A DNA stretch of 50,707 nucleotides from Alphaproteobacteria bacterium (lineage in GTDB: Bacteria > Pseudomonadota > Alphaproteobacteria > RF32 > CAG-239), in the NCBI GenBank assembly GCA_020025875.1, contig JAHHRI010000005.1:1-50707 (forward strand). Reading direction: 5' to 3'. A program made the translations under genes and the position numbers. This document shows positions 37,256 to 48,817 of the stretch, one piece after another. Numbering within the stretch: position 1 is the stretch's first letter; each line of letters opens with the position of its first letter. The notes beneath the pieces are model-generated. The model did not search any database. It was not told the origin of the DNA and saw nothing but the letters and a program-made list of their open reading frames with translations.

Positions 37256-38185
37256 TTAGGGCTTGATTCGCCGCACCTCTGAAAGCGCGCTGAATTGTTT
37301 GTACATATGGTCCAGATAGCTGGTGTTTGGTTTTAGAGCCAAAAGCTTGCACCCCAGATAGCGGACAAAAGCGACACTAAAAAAGGGAAATTGTCGGCTT
37401 TTCTTGGTGAACTTCCAAAATGCGGAAACCGCGCGCAGATACAGCCGTCTTTGGGCTTCTTCCGGCAATTCCGGATGATCTTTCAGTATCCAATAATAGG
37501 CCATAAAGCGGTCGTGGTCGAGTTGTATCTTGTTGCCCGAAAAATTGCCGATTTCTTTCGGTACCAGCACAACGTTTGCGGTCATCTTGACAATGCCTTT
37601 GGCATAAAGAGCCGCCCTCAGCGGAATGGATTCGTCCTGAATGAACGCTCTTTCGTCAGCCCCGCCGGCTTTTTGCAACACCTTCGTTTTGATGAGCTGC
37701 CCCATGCGCGTAAACCGTCCGTTGAGCACCCCTTCCAGAGCGTTGGCGGCATATTGGTAGCCAAATTCTTCTGTTTGGCAGTTTTCAAGCTCTTTCGGTT
37801 CTTTACCGGTTTTGGTAAAACAGCCATAAATCATTTCCGCACCGGTTTCCTCGGCAACCGCCAACATTTTGGCTGTCGAGTCGAGAGGGAAAATATCATC
37901 AGAATCGAGCATCCTCGTCCATTTGCCGCGCGCCAAAGCAATTCCCTGATTAATGCGGGCGCTGATGCCTCGGTTGTAGGGGTTGGTCACAATGGTCACG
38001 TTTTTAACGCCGTTAGTCATTCGGCGGATGATTTCGACAGAACTGTCGCTTGAAACATCATCAACGAAAATAAATTCCGGATTCTTAAGACCTGTTTGTG
38101 CGAGTAAAGCTTTAATCACCGACGGCAGATAATATTCTTTATTATAAACCGTCATTACAAAACTGACATCAATTTCGTCCGCCAT
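37256..38185 (-). CDS. Family 2 glycosyltransferase.
   Basis: SFVMTVYNKEYYL...FIFVDDVSSDSS...DSDD, a GT-A fold signature. Confidence 0.8.
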   Translation of the reverse strand: MADEIDVSFVMTVYNKEYYLPSVIKALLAQTGLKNPEFIFVDDVSSDSSVEIIRRMTNGVKNVTIVTNPYNRGISARINQGIALARGKWTRMLDSDDIFPLDSTAKMLAVAEETGAEMIYGCFTKTGKEPKELENCQTEEFGYQYAANALEGVLNGRFTRMGQLIKTKVLQKAGGADERAFIQDESIPLRAALYAKGIVKMTANVVLVPKEIGNFSGNKIQLDHDRFMAYYWILKDHPELPEEAQRRLYLRAVSAFWKFTKKSRQFPFFSVAFVRYLGCKLLALKPNTSYLDHMYKQFSALSEVRRIKP

Positions 38186-38215
38186 CTGCTTTCTCCGTTG
38201 TTAGAGTGTTGCTGT

Positions 38216-39244
38216 TTAATCTTTTGTCATTTGACTGCTGAGTTCCGCTTCCAATTCTCGCAGAATATCCTCACTAACCTTTGGCACCACCTCATTTTCG
38301 TGCGGCTGGACAACAACCTTCGATTGCTCTGGAGAAGTGTTGCCGGTGCCTGCTCCCTCAGCCGTGTCGGTGTTTTCTATTGCGGGAAGATTGTCGCCTT
38401 CCGTTACCGATTTGTCCGCCGCTGTTAAGTCGTCATTTTCGCTGTTTTCGGCTTGCAGACTAAGGGCATGGGTGTCGCTTTTGATGAAAAATTCTGCCTT
38501 GTCGACCGTGTTTTCGCGAATTTCGATATTGGCAGTAATTTCATCGGGGTGATCTTCTCCGTTGGCGCGAGAAAAGTTGAGCAACGAATGCGGAGCATTT
38601 TCGTCCGCTGTGGGTTGGGGTGCGGCTGTGCCGTCTGCTGCTTGCGTGTCTAAAGAGATAATTTCTGCCTGAGCGGCGCTTTCTTCGCCTTCTTCGCGGA
38701 TGGCGGCAGGCAACAAGTCAATCGGTTCTCCGCTCAAATTGATTTCGTCAAAACCGTTATTGTCGGCATTGTCCTCTGTTGTTGGGGCGCGGTTTTCCGG
38801 ACGCTGCATCGGCAGTTGATCACGCAAGACCAATTCTTCCGGCGTCAGCGGTTGACTGTCGCTGTTGTCGGAGTCGATACATTTGAGTAGCCAGACATCG
38901 TAAACCGGATGTTCCACCGCATTCAGCGCCGGCGTAGAGGACAACATCCAACCTTTGAAAATGTTGACCTGTTCATTGCCGTTGACGGTATCTGCCACAT
39001 CAACAAAGGCAAAATTTTCCGGCGTTTCTTCCGGTGGACGGGTGCGGCAATCGCGCACCAAAATGGAAAAGCTGCCAAACTTCACCTCGGTGTTGACCGG
39101 CACATTGATAACGCTTACCCGTCCGGTGATTTTATCCATGGCTTGCATTTGTGCCGTGTTGGTGGGAATTTCGCTTGCCTTAGCCTCCAAGCCGATACCG
39201 GCAGCCAAAAGAACCGGCAACAAAAGTTTAGTTTTGTTTGTCAT
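38216..39244 (-). CDS. DUF2155 protein with a ~220-aa acidic low-complexity C-terminal extension.
   Basis: Signal peptide, then MDKITGRVSVINVPVNTEVKFGSFSILVRDCRTRPPEETPENFAFVDV...FKGWMLSSTPALNAVEHPVYDVWLLKC. The remainder is D/E/T/A-rich. Confidence 0.7.
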   Translation of the reverse strand: MTNKTKLLLPVLLAAGIGLEAKASEIPTNTAQMQAMDKITGRVSVINVPVNTEVKFGSFSILVRDCRTRPPEETPENFAFVDVADTVNGNEQVNIFKGWMLSSTPALNAVEHPVYDVWLLKCIDSDNSDSQPLTPEELVLRDQLPMQRPENRAPTTEDNADNNGFDEINLSGEPIDLLPAAIREEGEESAAQAEIISLDTQAADGTAAPQPTADENAPHSLLNFSRANGEDHPDEITANIEIRENTVDKAEFFIKSDTHALSLQAENSENDDLTAADKSVTEGDNLPAIENTDTAEGAGTGNTSPEQSKVVVQPHENEVVPKVSEDILRELEAELSSQMTKD

Positions 39245-39686
39245 TGCCCGTCACCATAAAAATGACTTCTCCGACCAGATCTTCCAAAGTCTTAAAGTCT
39301 TTTGTATTGGTAATTTCGTCACCGTTTTGCAACAGGGTTGCAGACTTTCCCGGTTCGATTTTGATAAATTTGTTGCCCATCAGTCCGTTGCTGGCAATCA
39401 CCGCAGCACTGTCTTGGGGCAGTTTGATATTGGGCGCAATGCTGAGTGTGACTTCCGCATCATAGTTTTCGTTGTTTAGTTTTTGACCGATAACGGTGCC
39501 CACTTTTATACCGTTGATCATAACGTCTGCACCGGTGGTCAGCCCGCCGACTTTCAGGAATTTGGCATTTAGTTCATAACCTTTGATAACCTGCAGATCC
39601 GATACCCGATAGGCAAAAAACAAGAAAAACGCCGCGACCAGAATGACGACGATTCCCATAATTGTTTCAACCGGACGTTTTTTCAT
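39228..39686 (-). CDS. mlaD: MlaD (MCE-domain) lipid-transport protein.
   Basis: N-terminal TM, then an MCE domain: GGLTTGADVMINGIKVGTV...GLMGNKFIKIEPG. Confidence 0.85.
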   Translation of the reverse strand: MKKRPVETIMGIVVILVAAFFLFFAYRVSDLQVIKGYELNAKFLKVGGLTTGADVMINGIKVGTVIGQKLNNENYDAEVTLSIAPNIKLPQDSAAVIASNGLMGNKFIKIEPGKSATLLQNGDEITNTKDFKTLEDLVGEVIFMVTGNDKQN

Positions 39687-40183
39687 TTTGTTTCTCCTTT
39701 GTTTGCAGATTGTTGTTTGGCTTTGCCCATGCCGATAATTCTCTCCACCAGTTCCTCAAGCACCATGGCGTCTTGAGTATAGGCGAACTCTCCGCCTTCC
39801 TGAATATAGTCTTCCGATCCTCCCGGTTCGATCTCGATATATTTTGATCCGAGAACGCCGTCGCTGACGATAGAGGCGCTGCTGTCGGTGGGAATTTTCA
39901 GCCCGTCTTTGAGTTCAAGCGTCAGAATGGCGTTAAATTGGTCGTCGAGCTTTGCCGCCGTCACCTTGCCGACCGGCACGCCTGCCAACCGGACAATATC
40001 ACCCATCTCCAACCCGTCCGTTCTGCCGAAACGGGCATATACCGGATAGTAACTGCCGCTTTCCTGATGCTCAACAGCTTTGCGGCCGGAAATGTAAAAC
40101 AGCGACAAAACGACCAGCACCAGAGTTACATACAGTCCGGTTCTCAGCGCGTTTTGTTCTTCGCGGGAATATTCGTTGTTCAC
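39683..40183 (-). CDS. Second MlaD-like MCE-domain protein, a tandem paralog.
   Basis: DGLEMGDIVRLAGVPVGKV...GVLGSKYIEIEPGG. GTG start with GGAG upstream. It overlaps the next gene by 4 nt. Confidence 0.8.
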   Translation of the reverse strand: MNNEYSREEQNALRTGLYVTLVLVVLSLFYISGRKAVEHQESGSYYPVYARFGRTDGLEMGDIVRLAGVPVGKVTAAKLDDQFNAILTLELKDGLKIPTDSSASIVSDGVLGSKYIEIEPGGSEDYIQEGGEFAYTQDAMVLEELVERIIGMGKAKQQSANKGETK

Positions 40184-40362
40184 TTTGTTTCGCTCCGTTT
40201 TTTTTGATAATGGTTAGGGTAATCCAATTTTACCGTTTTGTCATTAAAGATTTTCAAAAAAAGCTGCCGTTTTGTGGAAATTGAGGATAATCATTAAATA
40301 AGCATGAAATTTAAAGGAAAAGCGTCTATGATGGTTAAATGTTGTAAAGGAAAAAAGATGAG

Positions 40363-41112
40363 ATGATTGAAATTCGGGAGTTGGTAAAAAACTTCGGCAA
40401 GCGCGAAGTGTTAAGAAAAGTGAGCTTTTCTGCCGGTGCGGGAGAGCCGATAACGCTGCTCGGACCGAACGGGGCGGGCAAAACAACTCTGATGCGGATC
40501 ATCTGCGGCTATATGACACCCGATGCGGGCAGCGTGCGAATCTGCGGTATGAGCTACGAACACAACCGTGTCGATATTTTGCGAAAAATTGGTTATATGC
40601 CTGAAAATACGCCGCTTTATCAGGAAATGACAGTGTTTGAATATCTGCGTTTTGTGGCCAAAGTTTTTCAACTGACGGAAAAAGAGTTTGCCGTCGGTGT
40701 GCAAGAAACAACAGACGGATTGGGGCTTGGATCGGTTATCGGGCAGAAGATAAAAACGCTTTCCAAAGGCTATTGTCGGCGGACCGGCATTGCCGCCGCG
40801 CTGCTGCACCGCCCGCTGTTGGCGGTTTTGGATGAACCGACCGAAGGGCTTGATCCCAACCAGAAAATTGCCGTGCGCCGTTTTTTGAAAGATTATGCAA
40901 AAGATCATATGGTGCTGATTTCGACTCATCTGCTGGAGGAGGCGGAAACATTAAAATCTCATGTGTTGTTGCTTGCAGATGGTCAAATTCGGCTGGATGC
41001 GCCGGTTGCGCGGTTGCGCGAATGTTCCGCCGACGGCACCTTAGCCGATGCCTTTGCCCGCTTGACGGTCGGCGCTTCCGGCAACGAAAAGGAGGTGCCG
41101 ATATGTGGCTGA
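40363..41112 (+). CDS. ABC transporter ATP-binding protein (ABC-2/GldA-like).
   Basis: Walker A GPNGAGKTT, signature LSKGYCRR, Walker B LAVLDEPTEGLD. Confidence 0.88.
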   Translation: MIEIRELVKNFGKREVLRKVSFSAGAGEPITLLGPNGAGKTTLMRIICGYMTPDAGSVRICGMSYEHNRVDILRKIGYMPENTPLYQEMTVFEYLRFVAKVFQLTEKEFAVGVQETTDGLGLGSVIGQKIKTLSKGYCRRTGIAAALLHRPLLAVLDEPTEGLDPNQKIAVRRFLKDYAKDHMVLISTHLLEEAETLKSHVLLLADGQIRLDAPVARLRECSADGTLADAFARLTVGASGNEKEVPICG

Positions 41113-41834
41113 CACTTTATAAACGGGAATTGGGAAGTTTCTTTTATACTTATTCGGCTTATTTTATTTTTGCCGTATATATGTTGTTTTCGCTCGTTTT
41201 GGCCATTTTTGCCGGTTTGTATTTTGTCGTTGATAATCCGGCAATGCGTTCATATTTTGCCTTTCAGCCGCTGATGCTGTCTTTGATGTTGCCGGCAGTC
41301 ACCGGAAGACTGTGGGCGGAAGAAGCCAAAAGCGGCACGCTGGAAGTGCTTCTAACTCTGCCGGTGGGCAACTGGACACTTGTGTTCGGTAAATTTTTTG
41401 CCGCTTTGACAATGGGCGTGCTGATGATTTTCACTTCCGTTCCGCTGGCCGTGCTGACATCAAAGATTATTACGATAGATCTGGCGAATCTGGCTTCTGC
41501 CTATTTGGGCGCAATGCTGGCTGCGGCGGCGCTGTCCGCGCTGGGGTGCGTTGTTTCCTGCCTGATTCCGCTGCCGTCGGCGGCTTATTTGGTCAGTGTA
41601 TTTTTGGGCTGGTTGTTGGTTTTTTTAAATCCGTCGCCGCTGTTGGCGCCGCTTGCGGAAGTTTGGCGGGAAATGCCTTTTTATCTGCCTTTGGCATTTG
41701 ATTTTTCCGGCCGCTATCGTGGTTTTATGGACGGATATTTCGGATTCGACGGCGTGTTTTATTTTGTTTCTTTAACCGCGGCACTGCTCACTTTCAACTG
41801 GGTGACTGTTTATCTGGCAAGGAGGGGAAGATGA
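41103..41834 (+). CDS. ABC-2 type permease (GldF-like).
   Basis: Six hydrophobic segments. ATG 41103 overlaps the ATPase stop (ATGTGGCTGA). Confidence 0.7.
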   Translation: MWLTLYKRELGSFFYTYSAYFIFAVYMLFSLVLAIFAGLYFVVDNPAMRSYFAFQPLMLSLMLPAVTGRLWAEEAKSGTLEVLLTLPVGNWTLVFGKFFAALTMGVLMIFTSVPLAVLTSKIITIDLANLASAYLGAMLAAAALSALGCVVSCLIPLPSAAYLVSVFLGWLLVFLNPSPLLAPLAEVWREMPFYLPLAFDFSGRYRGFMDGYFGFDGVFYFVSLTAALLTFNWVTVYLARRGR

Positions 41835-43642
41835 AACGTTGGGGAAAATTGCTTTCTGCCGGCGTATTGCTGTTGCTTCTTTTGGTTATCTCCAACTTGT
41901 TGGTGACATGGGTTTTCGGCGGCAGCCAACTGGACGCGACGGGGAAACGGCGTTATACGCTGACGGCAGAAACGCGCCGAATTGTCAGCACCTTGCGGCA
42001 ACCGGTCGTCATGCAGCTTTATGTGTCCGAAGAAATGTTGTCCGAATGGGGGGAGCTTGGCGCCCATGCCACCCAAACGGCCGTTTTTCTATCTCGTTAC
42101 CGTTTGGCGGCAGCGGATAAAGTGCGGCTGGAAATCAGGCGGATAAAAGCCTTTTCCGATATGGAAAAACAGGCGATAAGCGAAGGTATGCAGCCCTTTT
42201 CGGAAAATGACAAAGAGCTGTATCTGGGGTTGAAAATTGTTGCTGCCGACGGTCGCAGTGCTTTGCTGCCCAAGCTTAAGCCGGAGCGTCGGGCACTGCT
42301 GGAAAATGATCTGAATCGCATTTTGTATGGCTTAAATGAAAGCAAAAAAGTAAAAATCGGCATTTTTTCGCCTCGGATACCGTTTGCGGCAATCGAGGGA
42401 AAAAGTGTATTTAGCTCCTTTGCCGCGCTTTTGCACGAATATTACGAGGTGCTGAAAATACCCCGCGAAAGCTCACTCATTCCGCAGGATATAGGGGTTG
42501 TTTTGGTGATAGACGCCGGATATTTGTCGCCGGTTTTTGCCTATGCTCTAGACCAATATGTTATGCGCGGCGGCAAAGTTATTTTTCTGGTAGATCCCTA
42601 TTCGGAAATCAGGCACGATATGCAAGGCTATCCGCCGAAACCCGATATTGAAATGAGCCATTATCTGAAAACATGGGGAATTGATTATCTTGCGGATCGT
42701 GTCGTCGGTGATATGCTCCGCGGAGAAAAATTAAAGGGCGGTGATGGGCGCTACCGTGTGTATCCGCTGTGGTTTCTGACAGAAGGGGAGAATAAGACAA
42801 GGCTGCGCTTTCACACGGCGGGCAGTGTGCGCGCCGTTGACGGACAAGATCTGAATTTTGTTGAACTGGCGGCAACCGGCCGTCAGGGCGGGGACATAGC
42901 GGCGGAAAAGATCCGCTATGCCTCAAAGGCGCAGATTATCCTCAATTATAATCAGGATTATAAAAAAAGAGTGTTGGCACTGTTGGCGGAAGGCAAGTTT
43001 CGCTCTCATTATCGCGGCGGCATTCTCGACAATACGGAATCTGCCGACAAGGTTCAGCCCTATCTGCCGTTTGCCGTTCGTGATGCGGCGGTAGCCGTTG
43101 TTGCCGACAGCGATTTTGCCGCCAATGATTTGTGGGTGGCTTCCGCCGATCCGGCAAATCCGGTTTACGGCGTTGTGCCATATGTCGGCAATGCCGCCTT
43201 TTTGCTCCGGTTGATTGATCGGCTTTCCGGACGGGAGATCGGTTTATCGGCGGCTTTTTCGACTTCGTTTGACACGGACAACATTGCCGAAACTTTGTAC
43301 CTCGACAGCGCAAAAATGCGGCAGGAGAAAAAAGAAAAACTATCTGCGCGGGAGGCAGATTCGGCAGCGCGTCTGCGACAGTTGAAAAACTCTCTGAGCG
43401 ACAGCGAAGATATTGAACGCCGCCGAGAAATCGAACGGGCGGAAGTGCAATATCGGCTTGATAAAAACGCGTTGCAAAATTTGGAGCGACAAACAGTTGC
43501 CGCTGCCGACGACAAGATGGAACTTTTGATTTGGCTTTGTTTTGTCGTTTTTCCATCGGCGATGTTGGGAATGTTTTTTGTGGTCGCCTTTTACTTTCGC
43601 CGCGGGAGGCTTCGGCTGCCGGCGGTATTGAGGAGAAAATAA
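41831..43642 (+). CDS. GldG-like ABC-transport auxiliary component.
   Basis: TM segments at both the N- and C-termini bracket a large soluble domain. It overlaps the permease stop by 4 nt, and its position and size are typical of GldG-family proteins. Confidence 0.6.
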   Translation: MKRWGKLLSAGVLLLLLLVISNLLVTWVFGGSQLDATGKRRYTLTAETRRIVSTLRQPVVMQLYVSEEMLSEWGELGAHATQTAVFLSRYRLAAADKVRLEIRRIKAFSDMEKQAISEGMQPFSENDKELYLGLKIVAADGRSALLPKLKPERRALLENDLNRILYGLNESKKVKIGIFSPRIPFAAIEGKSVFSSFAALLHEYYEVLKIPRESSLIPQDIGVVLVIDAGYLSPVFAYALDQYVMRGGKVIFLVDPYSEIRHDMQGYPPKPDIEMSHYLKTWGIDYLADRVVGDMLRGEKLKGGDGRYRVYPLWFLTEGENKTRLRFHTAGSVRAVDGQDLNFVELAATGRQGGDIAAEKIRYASKAQIILNYNQDYKKRVLALLAEGKFRSHYRGGILDNTESADKVQPYLPFAVRDAAVAVVADSDFAANDLWVASADPANPVYGVVPYVGNAAFLLRLIDRLSGREIGLSAAFSTSFDTDNIAETLYLDSAKMRQEKKEKLSAREADSAARLRQLKNSLSDSEDIERRREIERAEVQYRLDKNALQNLERQTVAAADDKMELLIWLCFVVFPSAMLGMFFVVAFYFRRGRLRLPAVLRRK

Positions 43643-44469
43643 TGAAAAAAATTATTCTATGGTTGTTGGGGTTGTTAATCTTGTTTTCGGTCGGCATATT
43701 TGTTGCTTCCAAAACCATGCCCTATTTTGCCCCCTCGTATCGAAGTGTGGGCGATCTGGTGTTTGCCAACGCCGATAAGCTGACGAGGATTATCGTATAT
43801 CGGGGCAAGGAAAAAATAAAGCTGAGAAAAAAAGACGGCAGTTGGCTGGTAAACGGCTACTACGGGAGCAATGCTGCCGTGGAAGAATATCTGCGGAAGC
43901 TGCAACAGGCAAAGATTGTTTCCGCCGATGTCGCCATGTTGCCGCAACCGCAGACCAAGCTCCGTTTGGACGGTGGCGCGCAAAAACGTTTCTTCTTGAT
44001 GGCGGCAGCGGCAGAAAAGCCGGATCAAAGCCTTGTCGGCATAGACGGACGGAACTATCTGCTCAGCGAAAACGTCAACCCGCCGACAAAGATCAGCGAC
44101 TATTATGTCCAGCCGCTGTTGCCCTTTGGCGAACATAAGCTTGAGCAAGTGGTGGGTTTGCCGCGAGAGGCGGCGGAAGAACTTTTAACCTTGCCTTGTC
44201 GGGGAGCATTTCCCCATTTGCCGAAAAAAGTGCATAATGCCGAACACAAAAGTTTTGCGGCGGTCACGGAGGACGGCATCAAGATTATTTTCGGCATTTA
44301 TAAATATCAAGAAAACTATCGGCTGACCGTTAACCTGAAAACCACCATTATGCCGACGGAATCGGCGGCGGAATTTGTACGAAAAAACGGCTTCCGCTAT
44401 AACGGTTGGTTTTTTGTGCTTTCCCACCGTGACGGAAGCCGTCTGTTTAATCTGCTGAAAAACGACTAG
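43642..44469 (+). CDS. DUF4340-like membrane-anchored protein, the fourth gene of the ABC operon.
   Basis: MKKIILWLLGLLILFSVGIFVA anchor. TAATG overlap with the preceding gene and GAGGAG SD. The family call rests mainly on synteny. Confidence 0.5.
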   Translation: MKKIILWLLGLLILFSVGIFVASKTMPYFAPSYRSVGDLVFANADKLTRIIVYRGKEKIKLRKKDGSWLVNGYYGSNAAVEEYLRKLQQAKIVSADVAMLPQPQTKLRLDGGAQKRFFLMAAAAEKPDQSLVGIDGRNYLLSENVNPPTKISDYYVQPLLPFGEHKLEQVVGLPREAAEELLTLPCRGAFPHLPKKVHNAEHKSFAAVTEDGIKIIFGIYKYQENYRLTVNLKTTIMPTESAAEFVRKNGFRYNGWFFVLSHRDGSRLFNLLKND

Positions 44470-44942
44470 TCGAGATCTGCGTCATAATCACGCGACATTT
44501 GCAGCAGTCGGTTGTAGTAATCTGTGGTCAGTTTCATCAGACATTCGTTGCGCAAATACATCTGCGATCCGCTGTAGATTTGCATGGTGATGGCATAAAA
44601 CGAGCAAAAGCGGCTACGATAACCGTTGAACTGATCTTGCATATCTTTAATGTTGCCGCGGAACATTCCGTTGCCGTTATTCCATTTCTGAATGCGTTCG
44701 ACATTGAGAAACGTTTTTTGGTAAAGTTTGTTGATGGCTCGATCCAGACGACTTATTTCTCCCGACATACAGATTGCTTTTTCATCGTCGCCATAACCGT
44801 CGGCGGCTTGCAGGCAGTTGTAGTAGTCATTTTCTATTTTGTCTTTGCCGCTGTTTGCGTTGTCCGAGTTTGCCGCCTGCACAGCGAACGAGAGCATTGT
44901 CAGTGCCGCAGCCACACCTAATTTATAAAACATTTTTCCCAC
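44466..44942 (-). CDS. Secreted DUF1311 (LprI-like) protein.
   Basis: Signal peptide ...FAVQA, a Cys-containing helix C..QA......C...E...LD..IN..Y, and a second Cys pair. Confidence 0.6.
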   Translation of the reverse strand: MGKMFYKLGVAAALTMLSFAVQAANSDNANSGKDKIENDYYNCLQAADGYGDDEKAICMSGEISRLDRAINKLYQKTFLNVERIQKWNNGNGMFRGNIKDMQDQFNGYRSRFCSFYAITMQIYSGSQMYLRNECLMKLTTDYYNRLLQMSRDYDADLD

Positions 44943-45100
44943 TCCTTTTATATTAGAAAGCTTTTGTTATTGTAAGGTAAGCAGCTTAAAAGTCAATTAA
45001 TGATTATGGCTGATTTTTGTGTTTTACAAATATCGTCAAGACTTGCAAAAATACATCTTAGGTACTATTTATTACATATAATGTAATTTGCGAGGGTGCT

Positions 45101-45340
45101 TTGCAACAGGAACTTGATGGTTTGTTTTGGCGTTTCGCCGAAGAAAAGTTTGTCTATCGGGGAATATATCCCTATAATACGGAATTGGTTTTTGCATTTG
45201 CCGACTATATTGAAAACGCCAAAGACGACGAATTGAGCCGATTGTTTCCGAAATATCCGCCGTCTTTACTGCGTCGATCCGTTCACCGCGGAACCGATAA
45301 ATGGCTGCGCCACCATGCCAAAACCATGATGATCCTCTGA
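45101..45340 (+). CDS. Hypothetical 79-aa protein (TTG start).
   Basis: ORF with GAGGG 4 nt before the TTG. Its stop abuts the ligA stop. No recognisable family. Confidence 0.3.
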   Translation: MQQELDGLFWRFAEEKFVYRGIYPYNTELVFAFADYIENAKDDELSRLFPKYPPSLLRRSVHRGTDKWLRHHAKTMMIL

Positions 45341-47515
<2,175 letters not shown>

Positions 47516-47599
47516 TCACTTGCGGAAATGAAGATCCGGCATATAATTGTCGCATAAGATAAACAAGATAGAAATTATTAACCTCAAAAATGTACAAAG

Positions 47600-48076
47600 A
47601 TGAAGACGTACAAAGTGCTGAACCTAAATGTTGTCCCAGAGGATAAGTTTAGAAAAAACAAAGGAATGAGTTATAAAGAAGCATCTGCCGTTATCGGTAT
47701 TTGCTCTTTAACCGCCGTATTTGTCAAAAACGATCAAGGTGTGGTTGTGGACAAGGAAAGGGTATGGATGACCCCCGGCGGCGCATGGATCAAAACTTCG
47801 GGCTATGCCGATGTGGGTACCGTTAAGGGGGTATACGCCGGCTTGCCGGTGATACGTGAAGCCAAATTCCAACGCGTCAAAGCCTCAACTCTTGAAGAAG
47901 CGGTGCATGCAATCGGCGCCTGCGCAATGGCAAAAGTTGCTCTCTGCGATGCAGACGGTAACATCATCGAAAACAACGGCAAACTTGCCAACGAATTGGT
48001 CTGGCTTAGCCTGTCCGGAACCTATTGGGCGCGGATCGGCGGCAATATCAATGAAAACATTGGGCTGACACTTTAA
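47600..48076 (+). CDS. Orphan 158-aa protein made of two homologous halves.
   Basis: SYKEASAVIGICSLTAVFVKNDQGVVVD aligns with TLEEAVHAIGACAMAKVALCDADGNIIE. A terminator follows directly. Confidence 0.55.
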   Translation: MKTYKVLNLNVVPEDKFRKNKGMSYKEASAVIGICSLTAVFVKNDQGVVVDKERVWMTPGGAWIKTSGYADVGTVKGVYAGLPVIREAKFQRVKASTLEEAVHAIGACAMAKVALCDADGNIIENNGKLANELVWLSLSGTYWARIGGNINENIGLTL

Positions 48077-48082
48077 AAGTGT

Positions 48083-48122
48083 AAAGACAGGTCGGGAGAT
48101 AAACAACCGCCCTGTCTTTTTT
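48083..48122 (+). terminator. Rho-independent terminator.
   Basis: AAAGACAGG-19 nt-CCTGTCTTT followed by a T-run. Confidence 0.7.
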
Positions 48123-48212
48123 ATGCGCCGAATGATCGGTTTTAGGGATGACCGACGGAAGGCAGTCAAGTTGAAGAATGTTGATCAAACCTGCCGATTC
48201 CTTGCTTGTTTT

Positions 48213-48251
48213 CGCCCCCCATCAACGATTCGCTTTATCTCCGCGGGGCGT
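48213..48251. repeat. Copy 1 of a ~38-bp repeated hairpin element.
   Basis: CGCCCCCCATCAACGATTCGCTTTATCTCCGCGGGGCGT. The terminal CGCCCC and GGGGCG can pair. Confidence 0.8.
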
Positions 48252-48470
48252 CAGAGTCGATTACCACGACAACGGCATTATCTCACGAAACCAGTTTGAG
48301 GTTCGATGTTGCTTGCTGATGGGAAAAGTGGTGGCACATCTGTCAATTAAGATGATGAAAGTATCGGTTTTTGTCGAATATGACCTAAAAAATCAATGGC
48401 AAAAGCGCGAAAGACTCTGTTATTTGTAGTCGGTTGTCAAATTGATGAGTCCCACCAATAAACAATCAAG

Positions 48471-48508
48471 CGCCCTCATCAACGATTCGCTTTTTCTCCG
48501 CGGGGCGT
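48471..48508. repeat. Copy 2 of the same element, about 258 bp downstream and in direct orientation.
   Basis: CGCCCTCATCAACGATTCGCTTTTTCTCCGCGGGGCGT. Confidence 0.8.
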
Positions 48509-48775
48509 TTCCACTCCGATTTATTGGAAACAATCGTAAGCAAAAGTTCCGTTAGTCCAAAAAGTTAATCCATCATAACCGATTTTAAGAAGAAACCTGA
48601 TATCATTTAACTGTTTTCAGCCGTTTTTGAAGCGATCCGACAAAGCAGATGGTGTATTCTTTGAGGAAGATCTTTTGTCGGTAGGTAAATGACGGGCTTG
48701 AATTTGCGCGATTCCTTCTGTCTGCAATTTGTCTGGGTATGTCGGTTCATGTAGAAAGAGTTGTATCAACCCCAT

Positions 48776-48817
48776 AAAAAAACTTTCGTTTGTATTAAAC
48801 AAACGAAAGTTTTTTTC
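48776..48817. terminator. Bidirectional rho-independent terminator.
   Basis: A7-AACTTTCGTTTG-tattaaa-CAAACGAAAGTT-T7. Confidence 0.8.

Noticed and set aside
48617-48802. 61-aa minus-strand ORF in the non-coding pocket, and the 83-aa + ORF at 48178-48429.
   Set aside because: The first starts inside the bidirectional terminator stem. The second spans one repeated hairpin element. Neither has an SD or a recognisable motif.
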